64,000 nucleotides of DNA from Bacilli bacterium (GTDB taxonomy: Bacteria; Bacillota_I; Bacilli_A; RF39; UBA660): NCBI GenBank assembly GCA_017450205.1, contig JAFSVF010000009.1:107491-171490 (forward strand). The letters are read 5' to 3'. The first letter of the stretch is position 1. Every line of letters begins with the position of its first letter. Below are positions 20,361 through 30,146 of this stretch, piece after piece. Position numbers and translations under genes: made by a program. The notes beneath the pieces are model-generated. The model made no database searches. It was given only the letters and a program-made list of their open reading frames with translations, and was not told the origin of the DNA.

Positions 20361-21554
20361 ATGAATAAAAGATTAAAGATAGGTATATTTATGGATAGTT
20401 ATTATCCTGCAATAGATGGAGTAGTTTTAGTAATTGATAATTTATGTAAAGAATTATCTAAGTTTAATGATGTTGTTTTAGTAGTTCCTTATACTAATAC
20501 AATTGATGAAGATAAGAATAAACCTTATAAAATTATTAGAGTTAAAAGTATTGATGTACCTTTTACTGAATATAGATTAGGTATACCATCACTTAAGAAA
20601 TCCAAGATTTATAATGAACTTTTAAAAGAAAAGTTTGATGTTATTCATATTCATAGTCCTTTTACTATCGGTAAGCTAGGAGTGGATTTAGCCAAGGACT
20701 TAAATGTTCCGTCTGTTTGTACAATGCATACTAGATTTGATTTTGAAATTAGAAAAGTAGTTAAGAGTGAATCTATTAATAAATTTGTAATTAAAAGAAT
20801 AATTAGTGTATTTAATAAGTGTTATGCTGGTATTGCAATAAACTCTAAAATGATTAAAGTTTTTGAAGATTATGGTTATAAAAAGAAACCAAGAATTATA
20901 TATAATGGAACTGATTTAAAACCTTTAAAAGAAAATTCTAAATATATTGATATTATAAATGAAAAATATAATATTGAAGCAAACGATAAAGTATTATTAT
21001 TTGTTGGTAGAATTACTTCTGTTAAAAATATATTCTTTATATTAGACTCACTTAAATTATTAAAAGAAGATGGATATCAATTTAAAATGTTTTTTGTAGG
21101 TAGTGGTTCTGATGAAAAAAAGTTGGCTTTAAAAATACTTGAATATAATTTACAAGATTCAGTTATTATGACTGGTCAAATTAAAAATAGGGAAGAACTT
21201 TCTGCAATGTATAAAAGAGCTGATTTATTTTTATTTCCATCCCTTTTTGATGCATCTAGTTTAGTTCAAATAGAAGCAGCTGTTAATGAAACACCTGGAC
21301 TTTTTATAGAAGATTCAGTAACTGCAGATACTGTTACAAATGAAGTGAGTGGATTTACATCAGTTTTAGATGAAGTAAAATATAAAGATAGAATTAAAGA
21401 AATATTAGATGATAAGAAACATTTAAAAGAAGTATCTATTAATGCCCATAAGTTGTTAGGTAAATCTTGGGATGAAATCAGTAAAACTACATATGAATAT
21501 TATTTAGAATTAATTGAAAACTTTAAAAAAGAATTTGGTGAACCTAAAAAATAA
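20361..21554 (+). CDS. GT4 glycosyltransferase (diacylglycerol glucosyltransferase-like)
   Basis: DSYYPAIDGV, IHIHSPF, LFVGR, FPSLFDA...EAA. Confidence 0.9.
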   Translation: MNKRLKIGIFMDSYYPAIDGVVLVIDNLCKELSKFNDVVLVVPYTNTIDEDKNKPYKIIRVKSIDVPFTEYRLGIPSLKKSKIYNELLKEKFDVIHIHSPFTIGKLGVDLAKDLNVPSVCTMHTRFDFEIRKVVKSESINKFVIKRIISVFNKCYAGIAINSKMIKVFEDYGYKKKPRIIYNGTDLKPLKENSKYIDIINEKYNIEANDKVLLFVGRITSVKNIFFILDSLKLLKEDGYQFKMFFVGSGSDEKKLALKILEYNLQDSVIMTGQIKNREELSAMYKRADLFLFPSLFDASSLVQIEAAVNETPGLFIEDSVTADTVTNEVSGFTSVLDEVKYKDRIKEILDDKKHLKEVSINAHKLLGKSWDEISKTTYEYYLELIENFKKEFGEPKK

Positions 21555-21557
21555 TTA

Positions 21558-21585
21558 TTGACAATTAATACTTTAAATATATAAT
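21558..21585 (+). promoter_or_regulatory. Sigma-A promoter
   Basis: TTGACA-16 bp-TATAAT upstream of RBS GGAGG. Confidence 0.7.
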
Positions 21586-21607
21586 AAACCATACATATGG
21601 AGGATTT

Positions 21608-22138
21608 ATGAAAGTTATTATTTTAGAAACAAGTGGAGTTTTAAATGACTATAATTCATTGACTGAATATGTTAATCATTATTTTAATTATGTTAATAAA
21701 AGTGATTGCTTAAGAGGATACGATGAATCAAAGTTTATGTTATTAAGTAAAATATGTAATGAATTAGGTGCAGGTGTTGTATTACCTTCCTCATGGAAAT
21801 TTTACTTTAGTGATGATTTTAGGTTTGATAATGAATTAACTAGAATTATAAAAGAATTTAAAAAGTTTAATATTCCATTCTTAGGATTTACTCCTGATAT
21901 GAAAGATGAAGATATTAAAGGTAGAGAAACAATTGATGAATGCAATATTGATGAGTATTTAAATAATCATAATGATATTGAAAATTTTTGTTTAATTACT
22001 ACAGATAATTATGATTTAGATGATTTTCAAGATAATAGAGTAATAACAGATTTTAATGAAGATGGGTTAGGTAATGGAGGATTACTTCCTCATCATGAAA
22101 AAGAGATAGTAAAGATTTTAAGTAGAAAAAACAAATAA
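21608..22138 (+). CDS. Degenerate HAD_SAK_2-like protein
   Basis: Paralog of the next gene; LETSGVL replaces LDIDGVL; SSWK and GFTP retained. Confidence 0.7.
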   Translation: MKVIILETSGVLNDYNSLTEYVNHYFNYVNKSDCLRGYDESKFMLLSKICNELGAGVVLPSSWKFYFSDDFRFDNELTRIIKEFKKFNIPFLGFTPDMKDEDIKGRETIDECNIDEYLNNHNDIENFCLITTDNYDLDDFQDNRVITDFNEDGLGNGGLLPHHEKEIVKILSRKNK

Positions 22139-22199
22139 TGATTTATTTGTTTTTTTATCCCTATAGGACTATAATTTAATTAGAATAGAGGTTGTATAT

Positions 22200-23024
22200 A
22201 TGAAAGTATTATTCTTAGATATTGATGGTGTACTTAAAGATGATAATTGTTTTCAATATGAAACTAATCATTTTGATGAATATAAGGGAAAATCTTTTCT
22301 TTTAGAAGATAAATTTAAAATTCTTTCAGAAATTTGTAAAAAGTATGATTTAAAAGTTGTTGTGACTTCAGCATGGAAATGTGATATATCTAAAGTAAAA
22401 TCAATTAAAGATGTAGAGGAAGATAATCCTGGATTATACGAATTACATTCTTTATTAAATAAATATGGAATAGAATTATATGGATATACTCCTGATGTTC
22501 CTAATCCTGGTAAACCTTGGTGTCAAAATATGTGCAAAGAGTATGATATTGAAGCATTCTTAATTGAACACCCTGAAGTAACTCACTATGTTATTGTTGA
22601 TGATGTTTCTGAAAATGATATATATACTCTTCAAGATCATCTTTTAAAAACTAAATTTGATGAAGATGGATTAGGTAATGGAGGATTACTTCCTCATCAC
22701 ATTGATGATATAAAAGAGTTTATTAAACCAAGGGAAGAAGTTATTCCAGAGAATATGGAAGATAATCCTCTATATAAGAAGATAAAATACTCTGAATTCA
22801 ATGTAAAAGACTTCCAATCTTTTGGATTATTTATAGATGTTGGAGAAGTTAAAATACATATAAGTTTATCTTTTGATAAGAGTACTGTATTCTATCACTG
22901 GTATGATGAATATGAATATCAAAGAGGTGTTCTTCATAATTATGATGAATTTCTTGATTTATTAAGATATTTTAATATTGTTGATGATAAAGAAAATATA
23001 AAGAAATTAGAGAGAAAAGTGTAA
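22200..23024 (+). CDS. HAD-superfamily protein (HAD_SAK_2-like)
   Basis: FLDIDGVL, VVTSAWK, YVIVDD. Confidence 0.8.
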   Translation: MKVLFLDIDGVLKDDNCFQYETNHFDEYKGKSFLLEDKFKILSEICKKYDLKVVVTSAWKCDISKVKSIKDVEEDNPGLYELHSLLNKYGIELYGYTPDVPNPGKPWCQNMCKEYDIEAFLIEHPEVTHYVIVDDVSENDIYTLQDHLLKTKFDEDGLGNGGLLPHHIDDIKEFIKPREEVIPENMEDNPLYKKIKYSEFNVKDFQSFGLFIDVGEVKIHISLSFDKSTVFYHWYDEYEYQRGVLHNYDEFLDLLRYFNIVDDKENIKKLERKV

Positions 23025-23042
23025 GATTATCTTACACTTTTT
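23016..23042 (+). terminator. Intrinsic terminator
   Basis: AAAGTGTAAGA-TTA-TCTTACACTTT plus T tract. Confidence 0.8.
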
Positions 23043-23127
23043 ATGTAAAAGAATTTTTAATAAAATTTTTATATGAATATTTATGATATAATTTAAAAGA
23101 GAATAATATAAAACTAGTGGTGATTAT

Positions 23128-24504
23128 ATGAAAAAAACAAAATTATTTATTCTTCTATTTTTAGTTGGATTAGTGATAGTTTTACCACATGCAAAGGTAG
23201 CAGATTCTGGATTTGATTCTTCTTATGATGGAGGATACTCTAGTAGTGATTCTAGCTGGTCTTCTTCTGATAGTTATAGCAGTCATTCTTCTTATGATTA
23301 TGGTAGTTCTCATAGTGGGTCATATACATCATCATTTGCAGATGTTATTCTTGAGTTTTTGTTTGTTTTAGTTATTTTAGTTTTGTCTACAGCTAGTGGA
23401 ATTTATTCTGTTCGTCAATATTCTTACCAAAGTAATTCTAATTTAAGAAAACAGGTTGATATAATTGATGATGGAAATATTGCTAAAATAATTGAATCTA
23501 TTAAAAAAGTATATCCAAACTTTGATTATAATATGCTTATTAATGATGCATTAGTTTTATATAAAGAATATTCTGAATATATGAATAATAGAGATTTAGA
23601 CTCTATTAAAACTATCGTAGATAGTTCTTTATATAAAAAATCAAATGATATTCTTTTTAATTATAAAGTAAATAATAATTATTCAATTGTTAAAGATATT
23701 AAAATTATTAGAGGTTTTATTGAATTTTTAGATTTCTTTAATAATACAATAACTGCTAGAGTAGTTCTAGGTGTAAGAGAAATACAATACTTTGTTGATA
23801 AAGATTATAATTATATTAGAGGAAATAAAGATGAAATTGAAAGTAGTACTTATACTATTACAATTTCTAAAGCGTTAGGGGCTAATAGAACAATTATGAC
23901 TAACAAAGTAATATGTTCTAACCCAAATTATTTAGTTTCAAGTTTTGATACTGATAGACATAACTCATATAAAAGTATGCAAGAAATACTTAAAATTGAT
24001 CCTGAACTTACAGAAAATAATATTGTAGATAAAACATTTGAAATATACAAAGAATTACAATATGCTTGGTCTAATTTTGATTATGATAAAATGCGTACTT
24101 TAGTATCTGATGAATTATATAATAATTATAGAATGCAATTAAGAACATTGAATGTTAAGAAACAAAGAAATGTTATGGAAGATATTTCTTTTATTAGAGG
24201 TGCAATTAAACATTATGAATTAACTGAATCTTCAATTAATATAAGTGTAGAATTAGTTGTTGAACAAAATGATTATATTGTAGATGATATTGGAAATATA
24301 GTTAAAGGTGATAAAATTAAAGATCATAATACTTATGAGTTATTAATAACAAGAGCAATATCTAAACACAAAGAGAATTGTCCTAACTGTGGTGCAGAAT
24401 TAAGTGGTGAAGCAAGTCAAACATGTTCTCATTGTGGTGCATCTTTAATAACTTTAAGTAAAGACTTTGTAATTGCAAAGAAAAGAATTCTTAAACAAAG
24501 ATAG
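23128..24504 (+). CDS. Tim44-like domain protein (two domains) with Ser/Gly-rich N-terminus and zinc ribbon
   Basis: Signal peptide, Ser-rich tract, TM, LQYAWSNFDY..MR.LVSDELY, CPNCG...CSHCG. Confidence 0.8.
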   Translation: MKKTKLFILLFLVGLVIVLPHAKVADSGFDSSYDGGYSSSDSSWSSSDSYSSHSSYDYGSSHSGSYTSSFADVILEFLFVLVILVLSTASGIYSVRQYSYQSNSNLRKQVDIIDDGNIAKIIESIKKVYPNFDYNMLINDALVLYKEYSEYMNNRDLDSIKTIVDSSLYKKSNDILFNYKVNNNYSIVKDIKIIRGFIEFLDFFNNTITARVVLGVREIQYFVDKDYNYIRGNKDEIESSTYTITISKALGANRTIMTNKVICSNPNYLVSSFDTDRHNSYKSMQEILKIDPELTENNIVDKTFEIYKELQYAWSNFDYDKMRTLVSDELYNNYRMQLRTLNVKKQRNVMEDISFIRGAIKHYELTESSINISVELVVEQNDYIVDDIGNIVKGDKIKDHNTYELLITRAISKHKENCPNCGAELSGEASQTCSHCGASLITLSKDFVIAKKRILKQR

Positions 24505-24514
24505 GTGGGTTTAA

Positions 24515-25051
24515 ATGAATATACATGATTATGATGAAACTATAGATAATACTAAATTCTTATCTAAAGTGGATAATATTTATATATCATTAGTGTGTGG
24601 AGTTATGTTTGATGAACTTGATAATGTTAAACATAAGGTTAGTGATGAAGTTTATAAAAAGTTTGAAACTATTTGTTTAAATAATAAAACTAGAAATTAT
24701 TCTACAATATATGAAGAGTTAAATGTAAAATCTACTGATATTATTAAAATAACTAAAGATGAAGAAAAAATCACTGTATATGTTGAATTAGTATCTGGTT
24801 ATATTGGATATACACTTAATAATGTGACTGGTGATGTTGTAATTGGAAATAAATATAATAAAAATTTTCATAGATATACTTTAGTTCTTGAAAAGAATGT
24901 TAATGCTAAAACTATGAAAGCAAGTGTACATTGTCCTAAGTGTGGGAATCCAATTGACTATAATGCTGATGGCACATGTAATTATTGTGGAGCTGTTTTT
25001 AATACTGAAGATTTTGATTATATTTTAACTAGCATTGAAAAAAATTATTAA
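24515..25051 (+). CDS. Tim44-like domain protein with zinc ribbon
   Basis: Similar pattern to the C-terminal half of the upstream gene; CPKCG...CNYCG. Confidence 0.7.
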   Translation: MNIHDYDETIDNTKFLSKVDNIYISLVCGVMFDELDNVKHKVSDEVYKKFETICLNNKTRNYSTIYEELNVKSTDIIKITKDEEKITVYVELVSGYIGYTLNNVTGDVVIGNKYNKNFHRYTLVLEKNVNAKTMKASVHCPKCGNPIDYNADGTCNYCGAVFNTEDFDYILTSIEKNY

Positions 25052-25169
25052 ATACAGGTGTCTTTAATAAAGACATCTTTTTTATGATATAATTTAGTAT
25101 GGTGATACTATGATAATTTTAAGAAATTTTGAAAAGAAATTATAAAGTTATAAAGTGAGGAGTAAAAAT

Positions 25170-25823
25170 ATGAAAAAAATAATAATTATATTTTTTGTTT
25201 TATTATTATTATTATTTATTGTCTTAATATTTGGTATAAATTTTTATGTTAAAGCATCTACTAAAAAAAGAATTATTAATGATATTAATAATATACCAAA
25301 TGTAGATTGCATTCTTGTTTTAGGTGCAGGAATTGATGGTAATAAACCAAGTTTAATGTTAAAGGATAGATTAAATAGTGGCATTGAATTATATGATAAT
25401 AATATATCTAATAGAATAATTATGAGTGGAGACCATGGAAGAATAGAACATGACGAAGTAAATATTATGAAAAATTATGCTATGGAATATGATATACCAT
25501 CTAATGATATATTTATGGATCATGCTGGTTTTAGTACTTATGACAGCATTTATAGATTAAAACATATTTTTAATGTTAAAAGTGTAGTTGTTGTAACTCA
25601 AAAGTATCATCTTTATAGAAGTATTTATATTGCTTCGTCTTTAGGTATAGATGCTTATGGTTATCCTTGTGAAGATATAAAATATTCTGGTGAAACTTAT
25701 AGAAATTTAAGAGAGGTACTTGCAAGAGATAAAGACTTTTTAAAGACTTTATATAAGCCTAAATCTACTTATTTAGGCGATAAAATAGATATTAATGGAA
25801 GTGGTGATATAACTAATGATTAA
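25170..25823 (+). CDS. SanA/YdcF/ElyC (DUF218) family protein
   Basis: LVLGAG, PSLMLKDRL, MSGD, DHAGFSTYDS, VTQKYHLYR; start MKKII after RBS GAGGAG. Confidence 0.9.
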   Translation: MKKIIIIFFVLLLLLFIVLIFGINFYVKASTKKRIINDINNIPNVDCILVLGAGIDGNKPSLMLKDRLNSGIELYDNNISNRIIMSGDHGRIEHDEVNIMKNYAMEYDIPSNDIFMDHAGFSTYDSIYRLKHIFNVKSVVVVTQKYHLYRSIYIASSLGIDAYGYPCEDIKYSGETYRNLREVLARDKDFLKTLYKPKSTYLGDKIDINGSGDITND

Positions 25824-26949
25824 TATTTTTGATTTATTTTATGAGTCTATTGCTAAAGAGGCTGCAACTGGAAGAGTTAATTGTGGCAAAGATTATAAAG
25901 TTATGTATAATGTTTTGTTTGAAACTAAAGTTAATGGTAAATATTTATATAAAGCAAGTGATGAATTAAAGAATGATGGGACTTTTTTTATTCCTACATT
26001 AGAAATAAATGATATGGTTGAATTTAATAATTGTTTACTTAAATATTATTATTTAACAAAAGAATTTTATAAAGATAAAATAGAAGATGATGAAGATTAT
26101 TTTAAGACTATTTTTACATTGCTTTGGTGTAATGCATGTGAAGAAGATTTCAAAAATCCAATTACGTTTATTAATAGATATATTGATTTTATAAATAATA
26201 AATTAGATATAGATTCTAATTATACTGATATAGGTTATAGTAGTATATTAGATTCAAATATAGAGATAGCTTTAAAAGAAGAACCTATTTTTGAAGAAAC
26301 TCCTTATGCTTTATATACTAGATCAACTAGTAATAATTCTTCTTTTGATTTTCCTATTGTTAGATTTGGTATAAGTGATGGAAAAGCTTATATTTATGCT
26401 GTACAACAAGGGAAAAAGAAAAATAATTTTGATGAAAATTATGATAAAAAAATACGTAGAAAACTATTTAAAGTTAATGAAAATTTTGAAAAAGAAGAAA
26501 ATATAGATAATATTATGTATCCTGAGAATTTAACTGGAATTAATCCTTCTGCTTTAATTCCTCTTACTATTCTTTTTTCTATTTTAGAAAAGAATAATAT
26601 AAATGAAATAGTAGTCCCTTCGTTTTTACCCGTTAGATATAATGGTAAAGAAATTAGTTTTATTATAAAAAGAAATAAACTCTCACTTAAAAATAAAAGT
26701 GATGTTGATCTAGATAAATATTTCGAAGAGTTAAGAGATAACCATGAGGAAATTCAAAGAAATATAAGTGATAAAACTCTTAGAAATTTTAGAAGATTAG
26801 ATTATAACTTTGATAATATTAATATTGTTTCTTTACCATTTGAATTAGATAGTAATATACATATTAATTTAAGCGAATATAATGATTGTATAAATCCTTT
26901 ATTGAAAGAATTATATGAATTAAGTAGTATAAAATTACGTAAACTATAG
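25816..26949 (+). CDS. Hypothetical cytoplasmic protein
   Basis: 377 aa ORF coupled to the upstream gene; no recognised motif. Confidence 0.6.
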   Translation: MINIFDLFYESIAKEAATGRVNCGKDYKVMYNVLFETKVNGKYLYKASDELKNDGTFFIPTLEINDMVEFNNCLLKYYYLTKEFYKDKIEDDEDYFKTIFTLLWCNACEEDFKNPITFINRYIDFINNKLDIDSNYTDIGYSSILDSNIEIALKEEPIFEETPYALYTRSTSNNSSFDFPIVRFGISDGKAYIYAVQQGKKKNNFDENYDKKIRRKLFKVNENFEKEENIDNIMYPENLTGINPSALIPLTILFSILEKNNINEIVVPSFLPVRYNGKEISFIIKRNKLSLKNKSDVDLDKYFEELRDNHEEIQRNISDKTLRNFRRLDYNFDNINIVSLPFELDSNIHINLSEYNDCINPLLKELYELSSIKLRKL

Positions 26950-27016
26950 ATTTTATTTTTTTCTTTCATTTTTCAAATTGTCTTATATGTTAAAATGAAT
27001 TCTGGTAGGGGTAATT

Positions 27017-27292
27017 ATGAAAAAAATAAAATTGAATACATGGTATGTTAATGAAAATAATTTAAGTACAATTGTTAATTGTTTTAATATTACGATTGTA
27101 CCTATGAATTATCATATTGAATTAAACTTAATTTACGGAGAGCAAATTATAAAAAAATATAAATTTTATAGTTTTGAAGAAGCGATTGTATTTACAGAAG
27201 ATGTTATTTCTAATTTAAATAGTATTGATGAAATAGATAATAAATATTATGAATTAAATCCGAAACCAAAATTAAAAAGTAAAACTAAATAA
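27017..27292 (+). CDS. Hypothetical protein
   Basis: 91 aa ORF with RBS AGGGG and a downstream hairpin. Confidence 0.6.
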   Translation: MKKIKLNTWYVNENNLSTIVNCFNITIVPMNYHIELNLIYGEQIIKKYKFYSFEEAIVFTEDVISNLNSIDEIDNKYYELNPKPKLKSKTK

Positions 27293-27327
27293 AAAAACAC
27301 ATTTTTGTGTTTTTATTTTATATCTAT

Positions 27328-27366
27328 TGTTAGTTGATGTATAAAAATCCTCAAACTCAACTAACA
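27328..27366. promoter_or_regulatory. Inverted repeat, candidate operator of the downstream XRE regulator
   Basis: TGTTAGTTGA-N19-TCAACTAACA. Confidence 0.45.
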
Positions 27367-27427
27367 GTTCATATAAAAAGAATAAATTCCATGTTAAAGT
27401 AAATTTGTACTATAGGAGGAAGACAGA

Positions 27428-28567
27428 ATGAATCAAGAAAAAATTGGGAAATTTATCAAAACAATTAGAAAGGAGTTAGAATTAACACAACAAGAATTAG
27501 CTGATGAACTTGGAGTTACTAATAGAGCAGTTTCTAAATGGGAAAATGGTTTATGTTTGCCTGATTATTCTTTAATTAATGATTTGTGTAAAACATTAAA
27601 AATAACTTCAAGTGAACTTCTTTCAGGGGAACGTTTGGAAAAAGAAAACACAAAAGAAAAGTTTGAGGAGAATGTTATGAAAACAATCATGAAAAATAAA
27701 AAATTAAAAAACAAAAATTTAGTATTAACAGTTGTAGTAGCTATTATTTTTGTTAGTCTTGTTGGAGTATATTTTGGTTTTAAAATTCGTTTATTAAATT
27801 CTTATGGAGTACTTACTTTAAAAAATAATTTGATTGGTATAAATGAATTAAAATTTATCGATGAATATATTGATAATAATGTTCCTGGTAATACAATATA
27901 TGATGATCATGATCATGATGAATTATATAAACAAAAGAATATGAGTTATTATATTTCAGAAGGATATAGTGTAACTAAAAGTATTGATGATGGTGCTGAA
28001 TATGGAAAAGTAACTTATGTTAAGAAAGATTCTAATGGAAGAATTATTTCAACTATTAAAGTTGAAGGTTATTATGGTCCATATGTACCTGATTTAGGAT
28101 TAAGTGGTGATTTAAGTAAAATTGATTATAGAGAAGTTGATAGATTATTAGATAAATATAATATTCATAGCATAATTGATCTTATTAAATATTTTGATAA
28201 AAATAGAAGCGTTAATATTTTTTCTCCTATAGATAAAATAAAAATGTTTGCTTTAATTGGTGAAAATGACATACTATATGAGGTAAGCGATATAGTTGAA
28301 ATACATACTATTTCTAATGATACTATTAATGGATATTATAATATTGGTAAACTTAATGATGAGACAGTAAAAAAAATTAAAGAAGTAGATCCTGAATTTG
28401 AAGATGATTTATGGATTATTCATATTTTTGTTACAAATAAAAATATGAATAATACTTTAAAAATTGAATATGAATTTGAACCTGGTACTAGAGAAGAACA
28501 ATTAAAAGAATTAGATAAATTCATTCATAGTATTAAAATTGGTGAAGAAGTTAATTATAACTATTAG
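27428..28567 (+). CDS. XRE-family HTH regulator with TM and extracellular domain
   Basis: LTQQELADELGVTNRAVSKWENG..LPD; one TM; long C-terminal domain. Confidence 0.85.
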   Translation: MNQEKIGKFIKTIRKELELTQQELADELGVTNRAVSKWENGLCLPDYSLINDLCKTLKITSSELLSGERLEKENTKEKFEENVMKTIMKNKKLKNKNLVLTVVVAIIFVSLVGVYFGFKIRLLNSYGVLTLKNNLIGINELKFIDEYIDNNVPGNTIYDDHDHDELYKQKNMSYYISEGYSVTKSIDDGAEYGKVTYVKKDSNGRIISTIKVEGYYGPYVPDLGLSGDLSKIDYREVDRLLDKYNIHSIIDLIKYFDKNRSVNIFSPIDKIKMFALIGENDILYEVSDIVEIHTISNDTINGYYNIGKLNDETVKKIKEVDPEFEDDLWIIHIFVTNKNMNNTLKIEYEFEPGTREEQLKELDKFIHSIKIGEEVNYNY

Positions 28568-28626
28568 TATTAACTACTAATAGTTTTTTTTGTTCATTTT
28601 TATACTATAATTATTAATAGTAGGAA

Positions 28627-29328
28627 GTGATTAAGATGACTTTATATCATGGAAGTCCTGTACATGGGATAAAAACTTTAGTTCCTAATAATTCTACTCA
28701 TGGGAAATATATTTATGCTACATCTAATAAAGATATTGCAATTGTAATGGCTGCTAAATATGGAGATGATGCATTGTATTCTTTTGGTAGTATGTATAAA
28801 AATGGTCCATATGATTTAGTTGAAAGAGTAGCTGGTGTTTTTGATAAGATATTTGCTAATGATTTTTCTTTATATACTTTAGATGAAAGTAATTTTAAAG
28901 ATATACATACTGGTTTTAATGAAGTAGTTAGTGAAGAAGAAGTAGATGTTATTAGTGAAGAATATTATCCTAATGTATTTGATGAAATTAAGAGAATTGA
29001 AAGTGAAGGAAGAATCAAGATATATAGATATCCTGATAGACCTGAAAACAAACCAATAGATGATTCTGATTTAGTAGAAAAAGTAAGAAGAAATTGTGAA
29101 TTAAGATTTAATGAAAATACATATAATTCTTTATGTAGATGGATATTTTTACATCCTAATTTAGAAGATGATATTAGACTAATCGCTAATAATAAAGGTC
29201 TTGATTTACCTTCATATGATGTAATCAAGGAAAGCTATATTAAAAGTCAAAATGAATCACCTGATAAAGAGTATTTTTTAGAAGAAGCTGCAATTATGAA
29301 AGATGTGTGTAAACAAAAAGGCAGATAA
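28627..29328 (+). CDS. Hypothetical protein with an ADP-ribosyltransferase-like motif pattern
   Basis: LYHGS...IYATS...A and later NEVVS, resembling an H-Y-E ART/Arr-like triad. Confidence 0.45.
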   Translation: MIKMTLYHGSPVHGIKTLVPNNSTHGKYIYATSNKDIAIVMAAKYGDDALYSFGSMYKNGPYDLVERVAGVFDKIFANDFSLYTLDESNFKDIHTGFNEVVSEEEVDVISEEYYPNVFDEIKRIESEGRIKIYRYPDRPENKPIDDSDLVEKVRRNCELRFNENTYNSLCRWIFLHPNLEDDIRLIANNKGLDLPSYDVIKESYIKSQNESPDKEYFLEEAAIMKDVCKQKGR

Positions 29329-29377
29329 TTGTTTAAATAATATATCGTGATACAATTAAAGTAGAGAGGTATAGAAA

Positions 29378-30031
29378 ATGAAAAAGCAAACAGCAAAAAG
29401 CAAAAAGAAAAGTTTATTCAAAAGATTCAAAGGTTTTACATTAGTTGAATTACTTGCTGTAATTGTAATTTTAGCAATTATTATGATTATTGCTATTCCT
29501 GCTGTTCTTAATACTTTAGAAGCTTCAAGAAAAAAGACAATGGTTGAGTTTGCTCAAAAGGTATTTGTTACAGGCGAACGAAAGTATTTAGAAGATAAAT
29601 CTTTTAATGGAATGGTTAATATCTCTAGAGGAAATTATTATTATTCTATTAAAGATGATTTAGATATGTCTAATACTGGAGATTATGATGGTTATTATAT
29701 TCTTTGGGTTGATGGTGATATTTTAAATCATAATATTCTTTTATGGGATAAAAATTATGTTCTTGTTAAACTTTATGTTGAAGATCATGAGATAACTGAC
29801 CAAGATGTTTTAAGTATTGGAGAATATAAACAACAATTAGTTAGTATTGCTGGTGAAGCATTTGCAAACGAATTTGGAGATTTTAAAACTTTAAATAAAG
29901 AAAAATTAATGTATAGTTTATTTTTGATGGCAGACTTAGATTGTAATGATGAATATGATCAAAAAATCTATGTTGTTGATGCTAGTAAACCAACTGAATC
30001 ATTTAATTCTTGTGAGCGTTTTGGTAATTAG
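29378..30031 (+). CDS. Prepilin-type N-terminal cleavage/methylation domain protein
   Basis: Basic leader then KG|FTLVELLAVIVILAIIMIIAIP. Confidence 0.9.
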   Translation: MKKQTAKSKKKSLFKRFKGFTLVELLAVIVILAIIMIIAIPAVLNTLEASRKKTMVEFAQKVFVTGERKYLEDKSFNGMVNISRGNYYYSIKDDLDMSNTGDYDGYYILWVDGDILNHNILLWDKNYVLVKLYVEDHEITDQDVLSIGEYKQQLVSIAGEAFANEFGDFKTLNKEKLMYSLFLMADLDCNDEYDQKIYVVDASKPTESFNSCERFGN

Positions 30032-30146
30032 ATTAATTATTTGAATAGACATTCTGATGTCTTTTTTTAATTTTTATATAAATTCAAGTATATGTGTTAA
30101 TTATTTAAATATAGGCTTTAATATGATATAATTTTTAGGAAAAGAG

